This document shows, piece by piece, positions 30,035 to 43,396 of a stretch of DNA of 64,000 nucleotides; the stretch's first letter is position 1, and each line of letters starts with the position of its first letter. Origin of the DNA: Auanema rhodensis. Lineage: Eukaryota > Animalia > Nematoda. Location of the stretch: positions 7,006,001 through 7,070,000 of the forward strand of contig OZ059898.1 in NCBI GenBank assembly GCA_964057225.1, written 5' to 3'. The translations under genes were made by a program, and so were the position numbers. A model generated the notes under the pieces. It worked only from the letters and a program-made list of their open reading frames with translations, did no database searches and had not been told where the DNA came from.

Positions 30035-32497
30035 ATGTGTGGAATTATTGGTTATGTACAAGCGGAAGGTGTAAATGTTAGAGGTAGTCTTCCTATCCTC
30101 GCAGCTGACGGACTAACTGCCTTACAACACAGGTTGGTACAATGTTATCTTTGTTTATGTTTCTTGTTTGTTATTTTGATAATTCCTATGTCAAAAATTG
30201 TCTAGCGTTATTTTATAAACTGCTGTCAAGCCACGTTGTTGAGTGGTAGTGAGTTAACTTACAAAATTCAAGTCAATGGTTCGAGTTCGGTCGCGTCCTG
30301 TTCATCCAGTCTTAAGTGTTGTATATGCTTTAAGACTTCAGCTGATGGACGCAATAGAATGTGTAGTTGCACTGACAGCTTCAATCGGTTCTGGAGATTA
30401 GAGTACAGTGTAGCACCAACAACTTTTTTTTGACTAGCTTGAATTGTTTAAACATCAATCAATTTTAAAACGACATCGATCGATTTAAGAGGCACCGAAT
30501 CAGCCGGATTGGTTGGAACAAATGGTCGGGACCGAGTTCATCTTGACATTATTAAAGGACATGGACTTGTTCGCGATGTTATGACTCAGGAAAACATCAG
30601 TAAGCTAGATGGTGATTAATCTAGTTTTATGGTTTTTGATATTTATTTTCTTATATAGAAAGTATAATTCTGATTGGTCATAACCGTTATTCAACAGCTG
30701 GAAAGAAGCATCCAGCTATCAATTGCGTTCAACCTTTTGTAGTTTACACAGCTATTGGTACTATCGCGATTGCTCATAATGGAGAATTGGTTGATGTTAA
30801 TCAGAAGCGACAAGAAGTACATTTTTTAAAAAATATAAAGATTGCATAAGCTTTTCTTATTTTAGGCAATGCATCATGGGGTTGGGTTATCTAGTGATAC
30901 AGATTCTGAGTTGATAGCTCAAATGATAGCTAAAGCTATAGCTTTGAACTATAAATGCCGCAAAGAAGATAATTATGGAGATATTAGCAAAGTAAATTTC
31001 AAAAATTTTAAACTTTAAGTCATAAAAGCTATTTTAGGAATTAGCGGTTACGATGTCAGCCATAAATATGTCTTATTCTTTAATAGTGATGTCATACGAT
31101 CGTTTATATGCTATAAGAGATCCATATGGAAACAGACCACTTTGTGTTGGTACTATTTATGATACACGTGGTTAGTTTTAATTAAAATTTCTTAGTTTTT
31201 TTTTCATATATTATTTAATCAATAGTTTTTTATCAGTATTTTTTGTAGGATCTCCTGTTGCATACTGTGCCGCATCCGAAAGTTGTGCACTTCCCGGTAG
31301 TGGAAAATTAAACTTTGAAGTGCAGCCTGGAGAAATAGTTGAAATAAGCAGGTCCGGATTGCGATCTGTTTGTCAGGTATATGGATTTTCTATATTATAA
31401 GCGAGAACTGTAAAAAAAACCTAAAAGATCATTTCATGGCGGGTCTGAAAATATGATATTTATTATCATTCCAAAACTCTCGACTAAATAATTGATTATT
31501 GATTTAGATGCAACCTCAAACTCCTCAAGCCATGTGTATATTTGAATACGTCTATTTTTCACGAGGAGACACAATATTGGAAGGTCAACAAGTTCAATCA
31601 GTGAGGTAACTCTTCATTGACGTAGATTGTTATCTAATCATATATCTAGAGAGGAGTGTGGAAGAATTCTGGCTTTGGAAAGCCATGTTGAAGCAGATAT
31701 TGTGTCCAATGTTCCTGATTCATCTACTGCCGCTGCTATTGGCTATTCAGAACAAGTGAGTAAACGAAATGGTACATAACATATAAGCAAAATATTTGTA
31801 GTCCGGAATACCTTATCGTCCCTGTTTGCATCGAAATAGCTATGTCGGGCGTTCTTTCATCCAACCAAACAATCAAATGAGGCAATCTGCTATTCATAAT
31901 AAGTTTGGTGAGAAATGTTCAATATCCAGTACACTTTTCATCAAATATTTTTCTAGGTATTTTGCGACAAAGTGTACAAGGAAAACGAATTGTGCTGATT
32001 GATGACTCAATAGTGAGAGGAAATACAATGAGAATTTTGGTTAAAATGTTGATTGATGCTGGTGCAAAAGAGGTTATCACAATAGAGCAATTTGGATTAT
32101 TTCAATATTTGTTACAGGTTCATTTGAGAATAGCTTCACCTCCTGTGAAAAATCCATGTTTTATGGGCATTAATATACCTACCAAGTAAGTTGTCTTCTC
32201 GTTTATAAGAATAACAATTAGAATTTAGTTATAACAAAAATTATATTAATTTATTTTCAGAGATGAATTAATTGCTGCTTCACATTCATTAGAAGACATA
32301 AGAGAGCATGTTGGAGCTCATTCAGTGCAATACTTGTCAGTTGAAGGACTAAAAAAGGTTATAAAAATGTCACAAAAGCATTAACTAGTAATAGTGTTTA
32401 GGCAGTTCAATCAGGCATTGAGCCTCGACCAAATTTTGAAGTAGGACATTGTACCGGATGTCTAACCGGCAAATATCCTGTTAACATGGACTTCTAA
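30035..32497 (+). CDS. ppat-1: Amidophosphoribosyltransferase (glutamine PRPP amidotransferase)
   Basis: MCGI N-terminal nucleophile, LQHR|[58 protein letters not shown] and [10 protein letters not shown] (Fe-S cysteines). Confidence 0.97.
30212..30290 (+). promoter_or_regulatory. Pol III-type promoter elements upstream of the snoRNA
   Basis: TATAAA ~30214, A-box-like GTTGAGTGGT ~30238-30247, B-box GGTTCGAGTTC 30278-30288, with a T8 terminator at 30424-30431. Confidence 0.6.
30291..30424 (+). ncRNA. Box H/ACA snoRNA in ppat-1 intron 1
   Basis: Hairpin 1 (GCGTCC..AGTCTTAAG/TTAAGACT..GGACGC, 30293-30352) with an internal pocket; H box ATAGAA 30354-30359; hairpin 2 (GTTGCACTG/CAGTGTAGC); ACA at 30419-30421, followed after 2 nt by an oligo-T run. 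Confidence 0.75.
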
Positions 32498-33447
32498 CTT
32501 CGAGGAAGGCGGGCAATTTATAACTAGAGGTTAAAAGCTTCGTAATAAATGTACCTGAAGATATGATCACGAAATATGTGGATTCTTATATAACATCTTA
32601 TAAGATGTCTAAACAATCTCCCATTGTACAAAGTATATATAATGTGTTTAAAGGAAGAATAATCTACAAATTATAAGAAGTTCAATATTGATTTAACGAT
32701 GAATATATTAAATGAAACTGTACTATATATCTTTTCTTATAAATAATTAGTGAACATAAGCTAAATATTATCTTATTATCTTATATATTTCATTTTAAAC
32801 ATATAAACACAAGAAAAATGATCTTAGAAGTATTTAGATAATATGAAATACAGCAGTAGTTGCAGCCAATCAGAATAAGATTAGGTATTAAGATGTATTT
32901 ATCACTTTGGTGTTGATTCCTAATGTTGGTTTCATATTCTCCTAATAGATCATACAGGACTTAGATATGTCTGATTAGTTTTATCAGTAGTTAACTTTGA
33001 TCGTTCGATCACTACTCTGCGGGTTGTTCTTAAAATTCTCACGCTTCTGCCACTAACTGAAGCAAAGATGATTACAAAAATTGTAGAAGACTATAATAAT
33101 TTCTTGAGGATTGCCTGTGATAGCACGCTAAGCTCAAATCTATGAACGATCATAAATTATTAGCATTGTGTTATCTATAAAGTTTGAAAAGAAAGAGTAA
33201 TTGCGTCATAAGATTTTCAAAATAAGCCCTTCTCGTTCGTCCAGTACTTGAATGACAAGGGCAAATTTAACAAATTATTAATATATTAGGCATTTCTGCA
33301 TAATATATATTAAATTTTTTCATTGTATGAAGAATTATAATAAGTTTCTAAGACTTGTAAAACATTGAAATCACTATTACTTGGTTGTTGCAATTCATTT
33401 CGACAAGTACAGAGTAAAGACAAGGCATTGCTTTCTTTGCAGTTCAA

Positions 33448-33471
33448 AGATAAGCTGCGATAAGAAACGTG
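33448..33471 (+). promoter_or_regulatory. Putative GATA + HIF (HRE) iron/hypoxia-responsive module
   Basis: AGATAA (33448), CGATAA (33458) and ACGTG (33467) within 24 bp, ~500 bp upstream of the NRAMP ATG. Confidence 0.4.
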
Positions 33472-33964
33472 ATCAAATCAAAAATAGATATAATGGGTGG
33501 AGGCTGGAGAGCTAGGTCCCACAAAATATATAGGCTTCATAGCTGCTGCGAATTGACAGAGATTCCTATCATTCATGCATAAGTTAGTGAAGTTATTGAA
33601 CGCTACGTTAACAGCAAAATTCTTGTTTTTGCGAAGTTTCGTTTGACTGTGACTATGTTCCATTCATATTTGCGTCTATATTATAATATATTAATACTGA
33701 ATAGCAAGTTCATTTCTTTTTATCTCATTCTCTTTGTATATTTTTTCAACCTTTCTTTCCAACAATAACATTTATTAAAGTAAACTTTGCCTCATGTTAA
33801 AGTCATAATTGTATTTTTTTTGTTTTCATGTGACAATAAAATAATGAAATCACAGTTGTATTTACTCTTAGATTAGAATGTAAACTTCTTCTTCTTGTGT
33901 ATTTATAATCTTTTAAACTTAGTGTCATTTCTCTTCATTTCAATTTCCTTTTGTTTTTTAGAGA

Positions 33965-36293
33965 ATGGCTCGAGTTGTCGCCGAAGACAGTAGAGTGAAA
34001 CCGGCTCAAGTAAGCTACGAAGTGAAAGTGGAAATTCCTGATGATGATGACGTAAATATTTATAGATAATCGGTAGTGATAATACATATTTCTTTTCAGA
34101 TATCTTTCAGTTGGCGTAAGCTATGGAGATTTACGGGTCCAGGATTTCTCATGAGTATAGCATATTTGGATCCTGGAAACATCGAAAGTGATCTTCAAGG
34201 AGGAGCTGTTGCACAGTACAAAGTAAAATTGAATATTGACTTCATTAATAATTCAAAAATGTTTTTAGTTAATATGGGTATTATTACTAGCTCATATTCT
34301 TGGATTATTTCTGCAGCGTTTGGCTGCTCGAATTGGCGTAGTAACTGGTAAACATATGGCTGAGGTTAGTTTGAACATTGATAAATCATTTTTTTTATAA
34401 AATTTTAAGATTGCACATGGCTATTATCCCCGAGTTCCACGATTCATACTATGGATTATGGTTGAAATCGCTATTGTAGGTTCTGATATGCAAGAAGTTA
34501 TAGGAACAGCAATTTCATTATATCTACTATCAAATAGAAAGTAATGAAAGTTGTGATTTATCTGTTTAACCTATTTATATCTCAGTATTCCTTTATGGGC
34601 TGGCGTATTAATTACCATTAGTGATACTTTCACATTTTTGTTTCTGGAACGGTATGGAGTTCGTAAATTCGAAGGATTCTTCTGCTTCTTGATCACGCTC
34701 ATGGCTGTTACCTTTGGATATATCTTTGCTGAAGCTGCTCCTCCAGCTGTAAGAATTTTGCAAAAAGGAATATTAAATGAATTTATTATTGTAGGGACCA
34801 TTATTCACAGGAATGTTTCTACCTTGGTGTTCCAACTGTGATGCAAATCAATTAATGCAAGTAGTTTCAATTATTGGAGCTGTTATTATGCCTCATAACT
34901 TTTACTTACATTCTGCTCTTGTAAAAGTAAGTTGTAACTTGAATTCAAAACCTATAATAATAATAATTCAGAGTCGTACAATTGATCGTACTAGATCAAA
35001 CAAAATTAGTGAGGCCAATTTATACTATTTCATAGAATCTGCCATTGCATTGTTTTGCTCCTTCTGGATTAATCTACTTGTTATGGCAGTATTTGCTCAT
35101 GGTCTTTATGGTGTCACTAATGCAGATGTTGTATGTAGATAGATTAATTAGCTAGTAAACTCAAGCATATTGCTTACAGCTAAATACCTGCCGTACAACA
35201 CATAATGGCATGCCGGATTTTTATAAAAGCGTATTTTCCAATGATACTCAACCAGCAACTGCCGATATATATCATGCAGGAGTTTTTCTCGGTAAATCAA
35301 ATAACAAATATAAATTCTAATTTGTAAGTATAGGTTGTACATTTGGAGTTGCTGCTTTATATATTTGGGCTGTTGGTATTATGGCTGCTGGTCAATCATC
35401 TACCATGACTGGTACATATGCAGGACAATTCGCTATGGAGGTAATTTTAGTTTTTTTGATTCATGCTTACTACTTAAATCTTTTATGAAAACTATACTTC
35501 ATTGTATTTATTTACAGGGTTTTGTCCAAATTAAGATTTCAACCTGGAAGAGAGTTCTTATTACACGTTCATTAGCCATAGCTCCAACTCTATTTGTCAC
35601 AATTTTCAGTGGAGGAATTGATAATATTTCTAATCTTAACAATACTCTGAACTGTATTCAGGTATAATATATATTTATATATTTATATATTTATATATAT
35701 ACATTTTCTCAGATGGTTCAACTTCCTTTTGCTGTCGTACCAGCGTTAACTTTTGTTTCTGACAGCAGATTAATGAAAGAATTCAAATGTGTCAGGTAAA
35801 CATTTTTCTTTTAATATAGTTAACTCAAATCTTATTTTCAGTTTTCAAAAATTTTTTGCTTTCATTAGCAGCATAATTATTCTCATAATTAACTTTTTCT
35901 TTTTGTTCCAAACAATTAGTGATACTTTTGGGTTCACAGCTTTATCTATACCACTCACTATTATTTTAGCGGCACTATATTTTGCTTCTATACTTTATTT
36001 GGTAATTTTTATTTTTTAAATGTTTTTTATTATTTATTTTTAATATCTAAGATATTTTTAATTCTTATTATTTATAGTTTTACTATTGTGCAGTTGCTAT
36101 GGAATTTATGACCCCTTGGAACGTGGTAATAGAAAATGTGTTGAGAAAATATTTGACATTAATATAATTTTAGTCCTGGCTTCCAGCTCCACAATATGAA
36201 CTGTTTGATACTCCATGGGTAGCAGCACCAAAAGAAAGTACTTCAACCTCATCGTCTACAGAAGCTTTCGCATCCGAACAATACGATTATTAG
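33965..36293 (+). CDS. NRAMP/DMT1 divalent metal transporter (smf family; paralogue not resolved)
   Basis: [76 protein letters not shown]. Stop TAG 36291-36293. Confidence 0.96.
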
Positions 36294-36589
36294 TTATTGA
36301 AAATTATATAGTTGATCTCATATTATTATTGTTTATATTGTATAAACTGTATATACTATATATATATACATAAATATAAATGTTTCAAATTATATTATTT
36401 ATTTCAAAAATAAACAATTAAATAGATTAAGAAATGATTACTTATTATCTGAGCAATCTATTGAGAGATCGTGATCTTATATGATGAGGTAAATTCAAAA
36501 TTGAAATATCATACACAAAACTTGAAGGGAAAAAATGCTAATACCGGTATTTAACATTGGATGATTATTCAGTTTGATACATACAGTTA

Positions 36590-38161
36590 TTATACAACCG
36601 AACTTCGTTCTGCGGGTGTTAAGTCACTTGGAGTGCGATAATGAATTGATGGTTCGTTGCGAGACCATGTTACCCTTTCAGGGCTTTTACATCTCGAAGC
36701 TCTCTGTTTACGCAGAGAACTTCTCATTTGACGAGGTATATTGGGTAATTCATCAGGGTTATTCATATAATATAATCTGCAAAAGAAAAGTTAAATTAAA
36801 CAAAAATAGATATTTGGTTTACTCTTTTATTGCTTCTTTTGGACTTTTTCTTTTAGGCGCTGGTTGGCTTAACTTTTCCATTTTCCAAGGAAAATTATTG
36901 TCATATGGCTCAGGAGCATAGAAATCCAGTCTATCATATATACGATAGTTTCAATAAAAATTACAATAATAAATACCTTTCAACTTCGTTTGGAATAGTT
37001 CGCTTTGGGCTTCTTGATTTGCGTTTCATCTTTCTTTGAAGTTGAGCATCTGGTATCGTAGGCCATTCAGTTCTCCAGTTCGGAACAGCTGGAGGAGCAG
37101 ATTCAGGTCGACCTGCCTTGGTTGGAAGAGGAGTGAATGACTGGTGAGGAACAGCATACTGAAAAAACTATACAATTCTGGGCAATTGTGAATTTCACAA
37201 ACCGATACGGAAGGTTCGCGCGGCCTGCTATGCCTTTGTCTTCGTGAGGAAGGCTTATCCGATGTCAACTGTCCTGTCAACCTCCAATAAAAGAACACAA
37301 CAATAACTAAGCAAATTCCCTTAATATACAAATATGAATATAATATAATAAATCAAATAATATGTTACATTAATAGCTAATGACATAACAAATTCGGCAA
37401 CAGACATAGTCAGTTGTTCATTGAAAACATCCTAAAATTATTTGAAATATAAAACAAATCCAAATATATTCACTTACTCCACTCCACCATAACACTGCAT
37501 ACGCTGTGGACATTATAATAATGGGACCAGCAGAAAAAAACCAAGGCCAAATACAATTTTTCTTGTACTAAATAGAAATATAGAATTAGTTTTTCTTATT
37601 AAATATACACTTACCTTTATACATCCATATAAAAGCATAATTGACATAACTAAATGAACAAATGCCAGAAATACGTTAATAAGAACTATCACATACATTG
37701 CTAAACAAGAAATAAGTTTAAATTAAATTTTGAACTCAACTATACCATTAATTCGCCGTCTCTCAGGTGTCTCTGTGTAAATTGCATAAAGCCCTGGAAA
37801 TCTGGCTTGAAATCCATCAACACTATAATATATAATAATTAAATTTTTTGTTTATATCTCCAATTCATCAAATCCAAATTATCAAATTTATAAAATACAT
37901 AATACTTGTGTGTGTTTTAACTTAAAATAAACTTAATAAAAAATAAAATACTCACGCTCCTGTTGCTGGAAGCTGACGATTCTCATATTCCCATTGTAAA
38001 CCTTTAACAGTACTAATTTGCCATCCCATGATTCCCATTTGGATCAATGAATATATCTGAATAAGATGAATGAATAAAAGTTTGTAATTTATAAAACTTA
38101 CAATATTCCATATAGCTATACCTATTGATGTGCCTCTTAGGCAATGTAAAGGGTCCGCCAT
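36590..38161 (-). CDS. Uncharacterised four-TM protein with a long Pro/basic cytoplasmic tail
   Basis: In-frame exons: MADPLHCLRGTSIGIAIWNI|IYSLIQMGIMGWQ..|VDGFQARFPGLY..|MYVIVLINVFLAFVHL..|..WPWFF..; tail ends RSSVV* (TAA at 36590-36592). Confidence 0.75.
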
Positions 38162-39058
38162 AATATTACTTTTCTGAAAAAAATGGCTGAATTAAAAATT
38201 TTAACCTGACAAATCCTTTATAATATATGAATTGGAACATGCTATGAAATTTTTTTTTCACATAAATCAAGAAGAAACACATGGAAAAATGAATGACCAA
38301 GCAATGATTCGGGCATTAGTCACACGTTGCTTTTACATCTCCATATATGGAGGCCGACTGGCAACATAGAGACCACAATTATGAGATTAAACCACGTAAA
38401 TCGATAACATCAGAACCTTTATAAGCCTTAATTCTATACTAGATTGTATTATATATGAAATAATTCTATATACACATATATATACTGAAGTACATGTTAG
38501 AAATTAATTACAAACAAATGTAAAAAAACATATATAATTACAGTATATCGAGTAAAAAATAGAAACAGAAGACATTCAATATTGATGGAAGATCAGAGAA
38601 GAAGCAACAGATGAGGACTATGAAGAATAATTGGAAAGTACACATGAAGCTATGGCCAAAATGTCGAACCAGCTAGTGTGCTATATGAGAAGACAACTAT
38701 TGACCGATTGGAAAGAGCAAACAATACATGCGTATGGGAATAGGGTAGAAGGAGAGATAGGGAATTCAACTGGAAATGCATAAGATACATGAAAGTCTTA
38801 TGTAAACTTTTACTATTCATTTCATTACATAGCGGATAACGAATAGCACTATACGATTTACAAAAATACAACAATAACCTATTATTCTAAAAAAAATGTT
38901 ATTTTTGATGTTAAATATATTATTAACTATATGAAGGGCTTGATTAAATTGTGGGAGACAGGGTAGTCAGGAATTCCTCGTCCTTCTTGAAACTATAAAC
39001 ATTTGAGAAGGAGTGTAACAATCAGAAAACATAGAAAATTTGTTCTCTTCACTCTGTG

Positions 39059-39130
39059 TCCTCGGTAGTATAGTGGTGAGTATCCGCGTCTGTCACATGC
39101 GAGACCCGGGTTCAATTCCCGGCCGGGGAG
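39059..39130 (+). tRNA. tRNA-Asp (GTC)
   Basis: TCCTCGG/CCGGGGA acceptor stem, D-arm TAGTATAGTGG, anticodon loop CTGTCAC, T-arm GGTTCAATTCC, followed by TTTTT. Confidence 0.98.
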
Positions 39131-39369
39131 AAATTTTTACACTTTTTTGAGTATTCAATTTTTTTTTAATTTTCATACATTATCATATAACATAATATAA
39201 AATATGTACTTTGTTCTTTATAATTAATAAAAAGTATTATATACATATATATTACAGGAATAACAAAAATTATGTACAAATATTATTTTAATAAATACGT
39301 ACTATTATTGTTAATGCGTAACTGTTTTTATGGCGCACATTTGTTGCTGTTAATTTGTTAAATTTAATT

Positions 39370-40983
39370 ATGTTGAAAGAAAGCGCCGTTCAAATATTTA
39401 ATAAGTGTTGCAAGCAAGCTCTTCCAGGAGCTAAAGTCAAGGAAGTATGAATATTATCCTATTTGTTATCTGATTTTCTCTTAGGTTATAAGTATTGCAG
39501 AATCGCACTTAACAATCAAGACAAAGAATGAAACAAAGAGTTTTCCCCTGTGTTCAGAATCTAAAGTATATATCGTATCATTCGGGAAGGCATCTTTGAA
39601 AATGACTAAAGCAGCTGAAGAATCCTTGCAAAGCTATTTTACTAGAGGGATAGTTATAGCACCTGAAGGCCAGACAGCGTACCTCTTAGGATTCGTGATT
39701 TTTATTCTAAAGCTTTCATTCAGGCTACCACTGCAATCAAAAGTTTATTTTGCTGGCTTGCATAATCTTCCGAATGATAAATCTCTCCTATCAACTACCA
39801 AAGTTTTGGAATTTCTAGATGAAGTTGATGATTCGAATGCCTACATTTTATTCTTAATATCTGGTTATTTATTCATTGAATAATTGAATATATAACCATA
39901 TTTTCAGGAGGAGGATCTGCTCTATTCTGCTTACCAGATGAAATCACTTTATCAGAGAAACTATCAACTATCAAACTATTAGTTTCTCATGGTAGTTCTA
40001 TTGATCAGCTCAACGTTGTAAGACAGTATCTTTCAAAAGTTAAAGGTGGAAAAACACTTGAACATGTCATGAAATCACAGGTTGATAGTTATTTATCCAA
40101 AGTGCTATTTACGTCTTAAGGTGATATCTCTTATTATGAGCGATATAATTGGAGATCCAATCCATTTGATTGCTAGTGGTCCCACTGTTCGTCCTGCTGC
40201 AGATTCTATAACGAGTCCATTGGATATTCTAAACAAATTATCGTTATCAATATCTCAACTTAGTACTGCTGTACAAAATAAGTTGTTAAAATCGCCAAGT
40301 AGCGTTTCTGCTGGAAAAGTTTCAAATCACATTATTATAAACAATGATATTGTTCTGGAAAGTATGAGGAACGAATTAGAGAAACTTGGTATCAAATCCT
40401 TGATAATTTCAAACAAATTGTGTGGAGACGCTACTCTAAAAGGGAAAGAGTTTGCACAAATAATAAGATCGAAAAACCTAAAAACACTCCTATATGATTT
40501 TTATAAGTATCAGTTAGTATCGTTTCAAAATGTAATATCCAAATATATTCTTGCAGGGGATCCATTCCTACTGGTAGAATGGCACTAATATTTGGAGGAG
40601 AAACTACTGTTAAATTAAAGGGAAATGGTTGTGGAGGAAGAAACCAAGAAATGGTGCTATCTTGTCTGAAAGAACTGAAATCTTCTCCTAGTTTTGATGC
40701 CACTTTTCTATTCATGTCAGCAGGCACTGATGGTCAAGATGGACCTAATGATGCCGCAGGAGCAATGATAACAGGTTCCTGACACAAGAACAAATGTTGT
40801 TAAAGTTCATGAATTACAGAAAAAGACTTAATCTACACTACCCTGGAAGATTGCTTGAGCTTTTTATCAAATTCGGATTCGTATAACTTTTGGAAAGGAT
40901 TCAAGAATGGAGAATGCCACATTATAACTGGACTTACCGGTACTAATGTAATGGATGTACAGTTATTAGTTCTCGAAAATTAA
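39370..40983 (+). CDS. GLYCTK: Glycerate kinase (class II, MOFRL family)
   Basis: FGKAS, LISG|GGSAL, SKVKGG, SDIIGDPIHLIASGPT, GGETTV, GGRNQE, AGTDGQDGP, TGLTGTNVMD. Stop TAA 40981-40983. Confidence 0.94.
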
Positions 40984-41141
40984 AAGAACAACAAATCATT
41001 TCAATATTCATATAATAAAACTCCCACCTGCTACAAAAATAAGTTAATTATTGTTATCACAAACAGAATGCATCTCCATCACAATTTAACATTAGGATAA
41101 AAAAATATGCGATTTGGCAGTAATTTACGATTATCTTCAAT

Positions 41142-43396
41142 TTAAACGATCTCATATCGTTCTGTAATAAACCGTGATTCGGTAGAATATGTAACAGGGG
41201 CGCCGTCCATTTTCTCAGCTTGTTGAACCTATTATACTCATTAAAATATAACTCAAAAATCAAAATATTACCGAAATTTCAGCGAAAAGTTCTTGTGAGG
41301 AGAACTTAACTTGAACAGGGAAGAAGTGATCGGAGTGGCCGTTGGGAACTGTGAATTCCAAAACGCCGGAAGAGCAGCTTTGATCTATAACTGGCAAAGT
41401 CCATAAAAGTTGATTTCTTGATTTTTGGTATTCATAGTTTCCTTCGCATTCAGAAACAACAGGGGCTGTGGCAGGTCTAAACATTAATATAGAATATGCA
41501 AGATGAAAAGTGTAGGCTTACGGAAGAGGTACAAGAATGTTAACATTTTCCAATGAGAGATCATCTCTTTGAAGGGTGTATTCAATGCTGACTTGACAAC
41601 CATCAGGAGACTCTTGAGGCCAACAGTTCACTAAATATATAAATAAGAATAAGTCACGAGATTTAAAACATACAAACAAGAGGAAGATCATCTTCTTCAG
41701 TGATAACTGATTTCCATTTCAATACCCCAACATCAGTATTAGCAGGGAATGGTTTGTTAACACTCTTAAGCTTAAGAATAGAAGAAGTTTGCCATTCCTT
41801 CTTATCCAAATTAGGATGAACTTGTAATTGAACTCCGGCACCAGCATTATTTTTCATTCTAATAGCTACAGTATTAAATTCAGGACTTGTCACAAAGAGG
41901 GAGACGGTTCCAAGAACCTAAATAATTCAAATTTAGGAACAAAATATGGGAATATCAAACCTCAGCAGTTTGGAGACCACCGTCACGGCTTACAGAGGCA
42001 ATAATCTTTTCTTCGGCACGAATATGTACAGCTTCTCTCTTTACATTTGACACAGGAGCTACAGCAGCAGTAGAAGTAGTGTCACGCTGAAAATGAATAT
42101 AATTCATAGTTTTAAGAAGAAAAATTATTTACAGAAATTCGTTCAACAGGAGTAATAGTTTGTCCTTGTTGTTTCAATTGACTCAGGAACTCATCCTCAT
42201 CTCTAGTTTTAGCACCCAATTTAAGGGCTTTGCCACCACCAGCAGGTCTGCTTGGAGCTTTAGGAGCAGGAGTAGATTCTTGAACAGCAGCTAATGGAGT
42301 TGAAGAAGACGAAATTCCAGTAGCAGAAGAAGAGAACGACCCTATTATTATTAAAATAACTGTAGGGAGAAGTAAAATGATGTGCCTACCAGAAGATTTA
42401 CCAAGACCCTTGTTGAGAGCATCTTTTTGCATTCTCTTGAATTCCTTAGCCTTTTCAGCCATAGCTTGCTTAGCAGCTTTCTCTTGAGCTTCCTTGATTT
42501 GAAGGAATACACGCTCTTCATGAGAGTCCATTTCGGTGAATGTACGAATTTGAGCGAGATTAACATTCTCACGATAGCCAAGTGTTACAACCTAGTATTA
42601 TTGAATAAAAAAAAGAAAAAAGGCAAAACAAAACTTCATCAAATGCATGAATTAAATCAAAAGCGTGTGCTAAAATTTCTTTTTCTTCATTTGATCTGCA
42701 GTATTCAGGAATCTAAATTTGAAATAATAGTTTTGTTCTGAAATGAAGCACAAACCACGCGCGAGAAAAGGCGAAGAGTTTCGAGATCTTCCAAAATATT
42801 AGAAGCTTTGGTTGTGAGCAGTACAACGTAAATGCTATCCAATGGATGGAAAACATAACGAATACTATCAGTTTCTATGAATGTGTGCTGTCGTTGAGCT
42901 GCAAATTTATAATAAGAAAAATAGTTAACCATTTGGTTAGTCCCAAAACCCAAACAATAACTACACTCATATGGTAGAAAATGTAAGTATTATTAATGGT
43001 ACTAGTAGTAAATGAAAAAGACTAGGTGTGCAATATTTGGGTGAGCATATTAACTGTTAGTAAGGCTAGAATGAAAAGGGGGAATACCATATATTATCTA
43101 ACCTGGATTGGTAGAATCTAAAGTGCTTTGTTTATATATTACAAGTTATTTATTTAATCAGATCGCCAAGTCATGCAACCTTTTTCCAATATAAAACAAA
43201 ATATTTACCGGAGTCTTTGTCATTTCCTATAAGCTTAGGGAAAGCATCAAGGAGACCTTCTAGCCGAGCTCTTGTCATATCAGACACAAAAACTCTGGCG
43301 ACCAGAGCTTAAATAATTTAGATACGAAATATCCTTTTAAATCAAGTTCAAACCTTTACCGCTCTTCGAAAATACACTAGCAGCTAGTAAAACCAT
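41142..43396 (-). CDS. copd-1: Coatomer subunit delta (archain)
   Basis: MVLLAASVFSKSG|KALVARVFVSDMTRARLEGLLDAFPKL, QHTFIETDSIRYV, SNILEDLETLRLF, MDSHEE, QVHPNLDKK, NCWP. Ends ERYEIV*. Confidence 0.97.

Noticed and set aside
30235-30440. Telomerase RNA, RNase P/MRP, Y RNA or a riboswitch as identity of the structured ppat-1 intron
   Set aside because: No GCCUAA template and no P4/CR-I/CR-V motifs. The hairpin-H-hairpin-ACA layout explains the structure more simply.
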